DNA of 62,913 nt, filler included, from Stramenopiles sp. TOSAG23-3 (lineage: Eukaryota), in NCBI GenBank assembly GCA_900128585.1. It is 9 parts of 9 records of this genome, joined end to end, with 100 filler letters (N's around TTAATTAATTAA, not from the genome) between each part and the next. Parts side by side here need not be neighbours in the genome. Positions count along the whole stretch, not along the records: positions 21,067 to 27,976 come from LT643235.1; positions 28,077 to 34,983 come from LT643236.1; 7 more parts are not named here. The stretch is one strand, 5' to 3'. Numbering within the stretch: position 1 is the first letter of the stretch; each line of letters begins with the position of its first letter. Below the pieces are notes generated by a model. It worked only from the letters and a program-made list of their open reading frames with translations. It did not search any database and was not told the origin of the DNA. The position numbers and the translations under genes were made by a program. Below are positions 21,067 through 30,684 of the stretch, in pieces.

Positions 21067-22229
21067 CTTCTTCTTCTTTCTTCTTCTTCTTCTTCTTCTT
21101 CTTCTTCTTCTTTCTTCTTCTTCTTCTTTCTTCTTCTTCTTCTTCTAATAATTCATATAGTATATAAAATAGTATAAGTAATATTAATATGTATTTTAAT
21201 ATTTATTTACAATCGATTCCATTTCTTTCACTATTGGTTACTATGGTACTATTGGAATGAAAGACAATGGAATTTGTTTACCTATATAAATTAATATATT
21301 GAGTTTTGTACTTATTTATATTTGTGATACGAAGAGTTCAACCCTAAACGTATTACTATGGAATTATAATGTACTTTTTTATTAATATTTCGTAGGAGAG
21401 ACAACAACGTACAATGCAATCCTTTCAACCTTACCTTCAGTTCAATCATGATGCTTGTTATAATTAAATTAAAAGGAAAGATATAGACCCGTTTTTTTAA
21501 TAAGAACGATTTAGTGTACGAAGATCGACAGACACTATTCGATAAATAAATGTCCATTATACCAATATAAAAGTACGAGTTAGTTCCGTACGCATGATGA
21601 TGCCTTGACGCTTGACGTTCGATCGAGAAACACTTTCTTTTTATTCGTTATGAGAAACTGAAACTGCTTCTTGCTATTTCCATATACTTGGTCTTCGATC
21701 GAAGCTGTACAATGCGCGCTTTCCCACTTCTTTCGCCGCTGCTGTCTTCCTATTGTAAGCCATTAAGTCACCACCACTGTGAGATGGAATGCCATAACTA
21801 AACTGCCTATATATAGCATAGCATGATGGGGACGACGAGGCGTTACACCACCGTAGTACCTGTACCGTACGTAGTAAATAAGAAGAAGGAGTATAAACAA
21901 AAATAAAATACTCGAAGGAGTGAGTGTAAGAACTGGAATTCTTTTTTCTTCTTCTTCTTAGTTGTTGTTACTATACGGTAGGTAGCAATTATACTCTATC
22001 TACAAACACTTTCTACTTCTTCTTCTTCGTTTGTTCAGGCCCTTCCGACCATGCCACGTTTTTACATCAGTTGGTTGCACTTCCACCAAAATTAATTAAA
22101 CGCAATTTTACCTCATAAAGTAAGGATAGAAAGTACACAAATTTACATTCATTGATCGCAATAGTATAATTTGCCAACGGACAATAAGTTATACTGTAAA
22201 CGCGCTCCCCAAAATAATACTTCCTAGAT

Positions 22230-23858
22230 ATGGAGTCCAAGTATGAGTTTGACCCAGACGAAGTGTCGCAAGTCAAGGTTCCCATGCAACCTGGCTGGCA
22301 CAACAATAGCCCTCGTAAACGTGCATTTTGGGGCTGCAAGCAAAACTTTGAAACGTATTATCCGCCAGCAGGAGGACAAGTAAGAATCGAAAAGAGGGTG
22401 GAACCAACCTCGTTGGAGGAAAATCCGGTTTTAGCCAGGGAGTATTCAGGCCGCTTCGACACAACATACGGTGGTCAGTTTAATTCTCCCAACGACCGAT
22501 CAAAGCCGAGAGACTTTGTCCCAAAGTTTGAAGCATTAGACAAGAAAGTTCTACGCTGGTATGGATTTTACCGAGAAGCAATTGAAGAGTCCCAGGTCGA
22601 AAAAGAGCGACTTCGGCTCGTCACTTTCATGTATTACCTGGAAGACGATACGCTGGAAATCGTGGAACCCAAGCAAACAAACAGTGGGCTCTCTCAAGGA
22701 GGCCTCTTGCGACGTAACCCCGCCACCACCACAGAAGGCACCCCCCTGACGTGGAGGAACTTGTCAGTTGGTTGCGATATCGAGTTGTATGGTCGTGTCT
22801 ACAGAGTCACCGATGCGGACGAATTTACGCGCAGGTATGCAGAAGAGCGTGGCGTCGTTCTCCAGCCCGCGCAAGCTCTCCCGCAAAACATCGAAACGAC
22901 CTGGAAAGCCTTCGTTCCCCCCTGGTTGCAAGACAAAGTACAGGACAGAGACTTCAAAATATATTGCGAGGCCCTTCTCGGTAAGTCGTTTCACGACAGC
23001 GAACGGCTGCGCAAGTTCGTCGAATTCAATGGTATGATTTTCAAGTTTTCGTGCTATTGGGATGACTTAAAAAGCGAAAAAGGAGAAATGAACGACTACA
23101 CGATCTTGTACTATTTGGAGGACGACACAATGCAGATCGTTGAAGTCCGAAAACCGAACAGCGGGAAGTTCTACTTTTCCACCTTGTTCAAGCGCGCGAA
23201 ACTGATGAAAGACTGGGACCGTCAGTACTTCAAAGCCCGTGCCCCCAATAAAGATGACAAAGAGTACTATTCAATAAGCGACATGAGGGTAGGTGGAACA
23301 ATAAATGCTTTCGGGCGACCCCTAAAGATTACAGGTTGCGACGGTGCGACTCGCAGGTGGTTTGACGCCAACTTTAACAGGGTTGGTTTTGTACAGCAAC
23401 AAAACGACCCCCGAAAAGACGTCACCGCCCCATGGCCGTTCCTAGAACCACCACCATTTAATGGGTTTGGAAACGAGGAAGATACTCTAAACTCTTGCAA
23501 AAGGCTGATCCCAAAACGCCCGAAGCGGGACTACGTGAAATGGAATAAGTACGAGGGAAAAATTCTGCGTTACAAGTCCCGGATGAACTCAAACCCAGAG
23601 CGGGTTTTGATAATTGCTTACTATTTACAAGACGATACGTTGCGTATATTTGAAATGGCTTCGGCTAATAGTGGTTTTCCCGGAGGCAACTTTTTATCTC
23701 GAAAAAAATACAGAAGAGATCCAAAGGAGTACGAAGCGCCATTGATTACTTACAAAGACCTCGGAGTTGGCAAGACATTGGAAATAAACCGCTTCAAGCT
23801 CAATATTTTCGCCTGTGATAATGACACAATTGAACTTGAGAAAGTGTTGGAGTATTAA
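22230..23858 (+). CDS. EFHC1/EFHC2/RIB72-like axonemal protein with three DM10 domains
   Basis: DKKVLRWYGFYREAIEES...YYLEDDTLEIVEPKQTNSGLSQG. The YYLxDDT...NSG motif occurs three times. PPPFNGFGNEEDTLNSCKRLIPK. Confidence 0.93.
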   Translation: MESKYEFDPDEVSQVKVPMQPGWHNNSPRKRAFWGCKQNFETYYPPAGGQVRIEKRVEPTSLEENPVLAREYSGRFDTTYGGQFNSPNDRSKPRDFVPKFEALDKKVLRWYGFYREAIEESQVEKERLRLVTFMYYLEDDTLEIVEPKQTNSGLSQGGLLRRNPATTTEGTPLTWRNLSVGCDIELYGRVYRVTDADEFTRRYAEERGVVLQPAQALPQNIETTWKAFVPPWLQDKVQDRDFKIYCEALLGKSFHDSERLRKFVEFNGMIFKFSCYWDDLKSEKGEMNDYTILYYLEDDTMQIVEVRKPNSGKFYFSTLFKRAKLMKDWDRQYFKARAPNKDDKEYYSISDMRVGGTINAFGRPLKITGCDGATRRWFDANFNRVGFVQQQNDPRKDVTAPWPFLEPPPFNGFGNEEDTLNSCKRLIPKRPKRDYVKWNKYEGKILRYKSRMNSNPERVLIIAYYLQDDTLRIFEMASANSGFPGGNFLSRKKYRRDPKEYEAPLITYKDLGVGKTLEINRFKLNIFACDNDTIELEKVLEY

Positions 23859-24058
23859 AAGGAGGAAGAGAGAGAGAGAAATGAAGTCGACTCTTCCTTT
23901 CTTGCCTGGGCCTTGGCACAGCTTTTCAGCACAAATTGGTAAACGTAACGTACATTTCCATTTACATATATTTACGAAACAATTAATATTATTAACCCAG
24001 TTCACAGTTGTTTTAATCTAAAATTTTAACCGTAACATTGTGTTAACATAGGATACTT

Positions 24059-25999
24059 TTACACACTTACACTACCTCGTGGTCCCCGTCTTCTTACACT
24101 CGCATAATCCTCTCTTTCCCCACGTGCCACATTGACTCCAAGAGTTGGCTCAGCAATGCGTCTGGGCCGCATCCCTCTACGTGACGGAAACGACACAGGG
24201 CGCTGTTGCCCCACAGAAGTCATTTCTAGCTCAGCTCGTCGCACTTGTTGACTGTACGCAAGGTCTTCATCGTCGCTGCTGTCCCAGCCGGAGCGACTCA
24301 TACGCCTTCCTGTTCGACGGCCAGGAAACCGCAATGGGCGCAGTTGCGGGGGGTTTATTTCAGACGCAGTCCTGCTGACAGCGCCCGGCCAGCGCTCATT
24401 TGGATTTATCCCGGCTCTGTCGTCAAGGTCATCGGAATTCCCGTAGTAAAATTCATTGTGGCTGCTGTTGACCTTATTTTTGTTCTTTCGCTTTTTCATC
24501 TTCTTCTTTTTCCCCTTGTCGTTGCCATCAGATATTTGCAAGAGCTCTTGGTGTCGGTCGGCGAAAGTTTCACTTCGGGGACTGACTGCATTCCCACGAC
24601 CGGACCATTTCAATTTTTTGAAAAAGTTTTTTCGTTTCTCCTTTTTACGGTCTCGCGCCTTATCTGCTGCCAGTACATTTACATCTGCTTTACACAGCGG
24701 GCATATTCTGTTTATCTGTAGCCAGGCATCAATGCACGGCACGTGAAACATGTGCCCGCAAGGAAGTAAGCGTATGTCTTCTCCCTCTTCGTAGTCCCCT
24801 AAACAAATTGAACAAGCCATTTCTTGTTGCAATTTCTCCATTTTCATGCGGTGATCTGCTGTAAAGGAGAAGGTGGGAAATTTATTGATCGAACGCACGC
24901 TGGCCCCCCTTTCGGTAGCTTCAATTCGTAAACCCAGCTCATTTTCAACAAAGTGACCATCCGGGTCTCGAAAAGCCGCAAAGCATTTGAAGCAGCAGCA
25001 GCAGAGAATTGCTACTAAAAACAGGGTAACTATGGAAATCAATATATACGAATCCCATAACGTTTTTGGATGGCCTTTAAAAGAGGCCAAAAAGCCTGTG
25101 CCTACGGTGTGCGGAGACCTGTCGCTAGTAAACTCAAAAATCACCAATACACTGTCGGTTGTAACCCGTATAGGATACGACATACCAGACAGAGAATTCC
25201 CGTTTATGTCAATCAACACGCTGCTGGAATCTGTCACGCGCCCGTCGCCCTTGTAAACGATCAGCCGGTCACCCCTACCAATATCAGCTCTCTCCAAGAT
25301 TATATCAATTTTACTGACTTCTACTAGTTGCTCCGCAGAAGGATCCTGGCCAGGGGCAATGTGCCATTTGCATTGTTTACTTTCTCCGTAAAACAACTCA
25401 GAGCCGGGGTGATCGTCACCCATCCATACGTACCCATCAAGAGCCACTTCAAACCTAGATTTAGCGCAGTTTCCTTTGCACGTGGAAGAAACAAAGCCCC
25501 AGTTTGGACACATTGTCTTCTCTTTTTTATTGGGAATACACGAGTTGCTCTCCGCGCACCAGGCGCACCTCGTTTTGGTTTCGACTAAACATTGGGTGCA
25601 GCCTGAATGTTGGGCGCATACACTTGTTGAAGTTGGTTCACATGTCTGTTTGTTTCCGTAACGCCACTTCCCAACAGGACACTGTTTGGAATTCATAAAA
25701 GCGGGGCCAAGGTTCGTTCCTAGTCCACACCACTTTTGGCCATAATCACACCACCCACAACCGATTTGAGATAAGCAGCTTGAGCAAGAATCTTCGTCTA
25801 CGTAACTACAGGTCGGGATTGGGGGCGCATCTATTTTTTTCCCAAACCGATTTATAATGCCCGATATTGGAATCGCAGAATATCCCCCGTCCAAGATTTC
25901 TTGAGAAATCGAAGATACGATCGCCGCGGCACTTCGAGTATCCCCCTCGACTAATCCGCTCTTTTGCAGCGGGTTTTGAATTTTGACTGTTACCTTCAC
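24059..25999 (-). CDS. C-terminal part of a receptor-like E3 ligase: two PSI domains, CUB, single TM, RING-H2
   Basis: PSI: CSSCLSQIGCGWC and CTQCL...CAWC. CUB: CKWHI...DRLIVYKG...FTSD...GTGFLASF. TM: YILISIVTLFLVAILCCCC. RING-H2: CSICLGDYEEGEDIRLLPCGHMFHVPCIDAWLQINRICPLCK. No ATG at the ORF start. Confidence 0.88.
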   Translation of the reverse strand: MKVTVKIQNPLQKSGLVEGDTRSAAAIVSSISQEILDGGYSAIPISGIINRFGKKIDAPPIPTCSYVDEDSCSSCLSQIGCGWCDYGQKWCGLGTNLGPAFMNSKQCPVGKWRYGNKQTCEPTSTSVCAQHSGCTQCLVETKTRCAWCAESNSCIPNKKEKTMCPNWGFVSSTCKGNCAKSRFEVALDGYVWMGDDHPGSELFYGESKQCKWHIAPGQDPSAEQLVEVSKIDIILERADIGRGDRLIVYKGDGRVTDSSSVLIDINGNSLSGMSYPIRVTTDSVLVIFEFTSDRSPHTVGTGFLASFKGHPKTLWDSYILISIVTLFLVAILCCCCFKCFAAFRDPDGHFVENELGLRIEATERGASVRSINKFPTFSFTADHRMKMEKLQQEMACSICLGDYEEGEDIRLLPCGHMFHVPCIDAWLQINRICPLCKADVNVLAADKARDRKKEKRKNFFKKLKWSGRGNAVSPRSETFADRHQELLQISDGNDKGKKKKMKKRKNKNKVNSSHNEFYYGNSDDLDDRAGINPNERWPGAVSRTASEINPPQLRPLRFPGRRTGRRMSRSGWDSSDDEDLAYSQQVRRAELEMTSVGQQRPVSFPSRRGMRPRRIAEPTLGVNVARGEREDYASVRRRGPRGSVSV

Positions 26000-27975
26000 G
26001 AATTAATACCAGCAGCTTTAGCCATGGCTTCCGCAACATCAGCTTTGTCTTCATTGGTCCACGACTCCACTTCACCATCCATGAAAAAAGAAAAAGCTTC
26101 ACCGTCAAGAATGTTGCATGCTTGGCCTTTCCAACCACCATCACAAGAGCAAGTCCCGTCCCATGAATGACATACACCATGGCATGAGCATACGCGACGA
26201 GATGCATAGCCAGCATTGCATTGGGATCGTGGATAATCGTAAGGGCAGGTCTTCCGCGGTAGCGTGCTGTGGTCTACCCTGGACCACGGTGATGTACCCA
26301 AAGATGACTTCGCACGCACAAAACATTGGTATCTTGTAAAATAATCAAGTCCAGTAAACGTGAAGAATAGGTCGGTAACATGCAAACCCGGTGATGCGTC
26401 GGAACCTCGACCAATAGGAAGCCACGAGCTCAAATCATACTGCTTAATTCTAACTTCATATTCAATCACATCGTTCCCACATTTGTCACATGGTTCTTGC
26501 CACTCGATTGTAATTGAAATAGGTGTACTTTTCGTAACATTTACTGGTCCACATACAGCCGAAGGGGCTGCCTTTGTCGTGAAACCAATTTCAGCAGAGC
26601 TCCACGCCGATGTTCCAACATTGCTTCCTGCATTTAACCGCCAGCGATACTTAGAGAAACAGTGCAAACTATTCACTGTAATGGATCTAGTAGATGTAGT
26701 GTAGTTAATTATCGATTCGTTCCTCCATTCTTCAAGGTTATGATCCCATGCGATCTGTTCCACATTGAAGTGGTTTATTGGGCATCCTCGCCGCGTTGGT
26801 TCATCCCAGTGGAGGACAACATAATCGGAGCCAATTCCGACAATAATAGGTTTTTTGGGGGTGTTTGGAAGCAATAGCGACGACGAAGAATGTTTCGATA
26901 CACTCCAAGATGAATTTCCAGCCACAGTTTCGACACGTACCTTCCATGAATATGTTAAATGGCACTGGAGATCTTGCGCGAGGAAGGACTTATCAATAGA
27001 GGTATACGTAGTCAAACTTTCATTTTGCCAGTATCCGTCGACAAAGCGTTGCATTTGCTCTAGTATGTGAAATGCTTTTACATGGCACCCACCTGTTTCA
27101 CTTGTGTCCCAAGTTAGTAGCCCCGACGAATTAATTGAGATCCACTCTTCAAGCTTTACATTGATCGGGGCATTTGGCTTAATTATGGGTGTCACTATGA
27201 TGACAGACAGGTTGTTGGGACTTGTACCAACACTATTACGGGACACGATCACAAGGCGCACAATTTTCCCATAACCACTTACGTTTACATCATAATTTTC
27301 TTTCTTTGAAGTATTCACTTTGATCAAAGAACCCTGGAGCTCATTAGATAGGCCATCTACAAACTCAGTTGTGCAAAATGGACCACCGTGATGATGTGAA
27401 CACAAGATCCCATTTGGAGCACGTGACTCTGCTAATCTACTAGGGTCGTAGTACTCGCATAGTGATTTCGAAGAATAGCCACTCTGGTATATGTCATACG
27501 AAAGAGGCTGCCCTCCTGTCATTTGTGGTAGAGACCACGACAACGATATTACTTCGTGCAGGTACTTCGGGCTATCTATTCGAATCTCAGATATTGCAGT
27601 GGGAATCGTTGCGTTCGCAGTAACACCAGATACAACATCACTATAAGGCCCTTCCCCAAACCGATTAAGGGCTGTTACCTTCATTTTGTACTGTGTTTGG
27701 GCGAGCAAAGGAGATACTGTCGCTTGGGCCACCGTTGAATTGGTGGCCAGTTCAAACGCCTCCCCAGTAATGCTAACTTCAGCAATGTAAATATTATACC
27801 CGAGAATGATCGCACCGCTAGAATCTGCAGCATCCCACACCAGTGTAAATGCATCGGGGCGCGCAGCAACTTGTGAAAATGCGATCGATTGGGGTTTCTC
27901 AGGCAATGTCGCCGTCAAGGTGTTGAAAACAACACTATCAGAGTAGGACCCAATTCCAAAGGTGGTGACAGGAAG
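25996..27975 (-). CDS. 5'-partial fibronectin type III repeats plus EGF-like domain; likely the N-terminal part of the same gene as 24059-25999
   Basis: About five FN3 units (e.g. LVWDAADSSGAIILGYNI...YKMKVTALNRFGEGPYS) and EGF CSCHGVCHSWDGTCSCDGGWKGQAC. Frame is open to the contig edge; the stop overlaps the next ORF. Confidence 0.85.
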   Translation of the reverse strand, partial: LPVTTFGIGSYSDSVVFNTLTATLPEKPQSIAFSQVAARPDAFTLVWDAADSSGAIILGYNIYIAEVSITGEAFELATNSTVAQATVSPLLAQTQYKMKVTALNRFGEGPYSDVVSGVTANATIPTAISEIRIDSPKYLHEVISLSWSLPQMTGGQPLSYDIYQSGYSSKSLCEYYDPSRLAESRAPNGILCSHHHGGPFCTTEFVDGLSNELQGSLIKVNTSKKENYDVNVSGYGKIVRLVIVSRNSVGTSPNNLSVIIVTPIIKPNAPINVKLEEWISINSSGLLTWDTSETGGCHVKAFHILEQMQRFVDGYWQNESLTTYTSIDKSFLAQDLQCHLTYSWKVRVETVAGNSSWSVSKHSSSSLLLPNTPKKPIIVGIGSDYVVLHWDEPTRRGCPINHFNVEQIAWDHNLEEWRNESIINYTTSTRSITVNSLHCFSKYRWRLNAGSNVGTSAWSSAEIGFTTKAAPSAVCGPVNVTKSTPISITIEWQEPCDKCGNDVIEYEVRIKQYDLSSWLPIGRGSDASPGLHVTDLFFTFTGLDYFTRYQCFVRAKSSLGTSPWSRVDHSTLPRKTCPYDYPRSQCNAGYASRRVCSCHGVCHSWDGTCSCDGGWKGQACNILDGEAFSFFMDGEVESWTNEDKADVAEAMAKAAGINS

Positions 27976-27976
27976 A

Positions 27977-28076
27977 NNNNNNNNNNNNNNNNNNNNNNNN
28001 NNNNNNNNNNNNNNNNNNNNTTAATTAATTAANNNNNNNNNNNNNNNNNNNNNNNNNNNNNNNNNNNNNNNNNNNN
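27977..28076. other. Artificial contig linker
   Basis: N44-TTAATTAATTAA-N44. Confidence 0.98.
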
Positions 28077-28221
28077 ACCATGCTCAACAACTACTCAACG
28101 GTTCGTAGATTTTACGTTTCCACGAAAGCTCCATGCTCAACTCAAAAGGTAAACGGCAAATAGTACACAGTAAGAAAAGAGGGATGCTAGGTATGCCATT
28201 GGAGATTTATTCGCAGATACC

Positions 28222-30065
28222 ATGGCGACGAGTTTCTTGCGGCGGCGGCCTGTGTGGTCAACTCTGACTGCTGGGGCCCTCGGTTCGTTGGGCTTGGTGG
28301 CCTACGACGTTTCGAACAAAATCTGGTCAGACTCCCACACTCCATATACTGCATTCTACCAGCATGCTCTTCACGGTTTAATGAGAACGTTAGGGGCCCA
28401 CTCCCGGAAAAAATTCGACGAATCCTCGGCTCATTTTGGAGACGCGCAGAAAGAGTTATTGCTGGGGCTGCTGGACCGGCACAAAGGAACAGCGTTGGGA
28501 CAGGACCTCGGGTACGGATCCATGGCTTCGGTGGACGATTTTCGTCGCCGTGTGCCATTGACAGACTATGGTTTCTACCGTTCCAAGTACATCCAGCGAA
28601 TAAAGAACGGGGAAGCTAACGTGATGACAAGCAAGAAGGTTGACCTCTTGGGCGCGACGTCGGGAACGTCTGGACACAAAGCCCTTATCCCTCACACCAC
28701 TGATGTCGGAAGGGCATTCTTTTTGCACGGGATTACTCTGGTCTTCGACGGGCTCTTCTCAAAAGCATTTAAGCACGCGGACCAACTTCAAAAGACATGC
28801 AAGCTGACGTTTATCCCACGGTGGACGTACACGGAGGGATCGGAGAGACTGAAAATTGGCCCCGCATCGAGTTCCCCAGATGACCGAGGATTCTCCCGCC
28901 TCCTCCCGCTCTACAGCAGCCCGAAAGCAGCCTTCCACGTGAAGAACGAAAAGGCGGCCCTGTACGCCCACCTGCTGTTTGCCCTGAGCGACCGAAACCT
29001 GGGCATTGTGGAAGCAAACTTTGCGCCCATGATTTTGTCGTTTTTTAGCATGCTTGAGGAGAGCCACGAGGCGCTTGTGAGAGACCTTTGCGATGGGACG
29101 TCCGACGGGGCAAGGGGGTTGGGAATGGAAGACCAGGAAGCGGCTCAGGTCGCTGAACACTTGCGACCAAACCCAGAGCGGGCAAGGGAAGTTCAAGAAG
29201 CGATTGAGCGGTGGAAATCTTCGAGAAAAGACAATAGGCCAACGATTGGGCTCGCAAAGCTGGTCTGGCCAAATTTAAATTTAATTTTGACGGTGACGAC
29301 GGGAGCGTTCCTTCCTTATGCGAAGCGGCTGAACACGGATTACCTTGGAGGAGCCGTGCCCTGCTTCAGCCCCATTTACGCCGCAACGGAAGGGTTGGTT
29401 GGGATTAACTTATCTCCAGCCAAGCGTCCACCTGCGTATTCCCTTATCCCAAAAGCTCTATTCTACGAGTTCATACCCGTGGAAGGCGCGGAGACAGAGG
29501 AAAACAGCAGCCCCCCCTTGGGCGGCACGTTGCTGGCGAACAATTTGGCAGTCGGAAAAAAGTATGAATTGGTGATAACAAACCTTGCAGGCCTTGTCCG
29601 GTACAGAATGGGCGACGTTGTGAAACTCGAGCGGTACGAGGGGACTGCACCAGTGGTGTCGTTTCAGTATCGCCAAGGGCAAGTTCTAAATGTGAGAGGG
29701 GAAAAGATGAACGAGCAATGCCTGACCCGAGCTGTGGAAGCCTGGGCAAAGAAGGAAAATGTCAGTTTGATCGATTTTTGTGCAGCCGAGGACGTCACAG
29801 TTGTGGAGCCCGGCCGTCCCAGCCGTCCACGCTACCATTTGTTCATTGGCTTCGTCGATACTCAGACGTTTATGATTCGTACCGACGAAAAGACGCCATC
29901 GATATGGTCAAAGTTCACATTTTGCAAAAAGGCTCCTTTGAAAATTTCCGAACCCAATTTTTGAAAGAATCCACAACTGGGACAGTCACCCAATTCAAAA
30001 TCCCTCGCGTCCTTCGACGGAAACGCTTGGTGGAACTTCTTCTTCCAGAAGAGTATTGCTTGTAG
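28222..30065 (+). CDS. GH3-family acyl-adenylating enzyme (GHDC-like); frameshift or deletion at about 29850
   Basis: FRRRVPLTDY, TSGTSG, IYAATEG, FYEFIP, YELVITNLAGLVRYRMGDVV, LNVRGEK. The conserved C-terminus YDSYRRK...GSF...QFKIPRVL lies in the overlapping frame ending at 30065. Confidence 0.88.
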
Positions 30066-30684
30066 TTTCAGATGTGCCGCGCTCGTGCTCGGGAAGCGGT
30101 GAAAGACCTCGAGGAACATCCTCACGAACAGTTCCTTCTCGCCCTTACTGCCTCCGCAGTTGCGCGTCTGCAGGGTCATGAATGTTGTGTTAAGATTTGT
30201 TGCGACATTTTTTTCAATCCTTTCTGCTGCTGCCGCTATAAAAAATGTGCATTCATATAAAATTAACTTTTTAAAAAAAAACCTATTTGAATATACATAG
30301 TCTAAATATTATAACATATACAAACAATTACCTTGGTATTGTGGAGAATAATACAACATCATTTTTTTTGTTTTTGAATTTTTTTTTGTAGAAGAATAAT
30401 ATTAATACATGAACACACCACCGACCATTCTTTATTTGTTGATTCGATCATCGAACTTTTGCTTTTTTTGATTCCCCCCCCCCCCAATATAATGTTATTT
30501 ATATACATATCAGATTATGTTTTAAATGGTAAACAATCTATGATTTAAAGACAGAAGTCGACACGCAAGATTTGCATGGCACGAAGGAGTTTTTGGTATT
30601 CAATACCAGCGTCGTTTTAAATAAGCGCCTTTAGCGTTCGCAGCAGAGTTTGTGTGTGTGTGTTTTGTTGTGTGCGTTTGAAAT

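Noticed and set aside
21594..21661. Possible box C/D snoRNA (ATGATGA...CTGA)
   Set aside because: Weak terminal stem and no convincing rRNA-complementary guide; would need an Infernal or snoscan hit.
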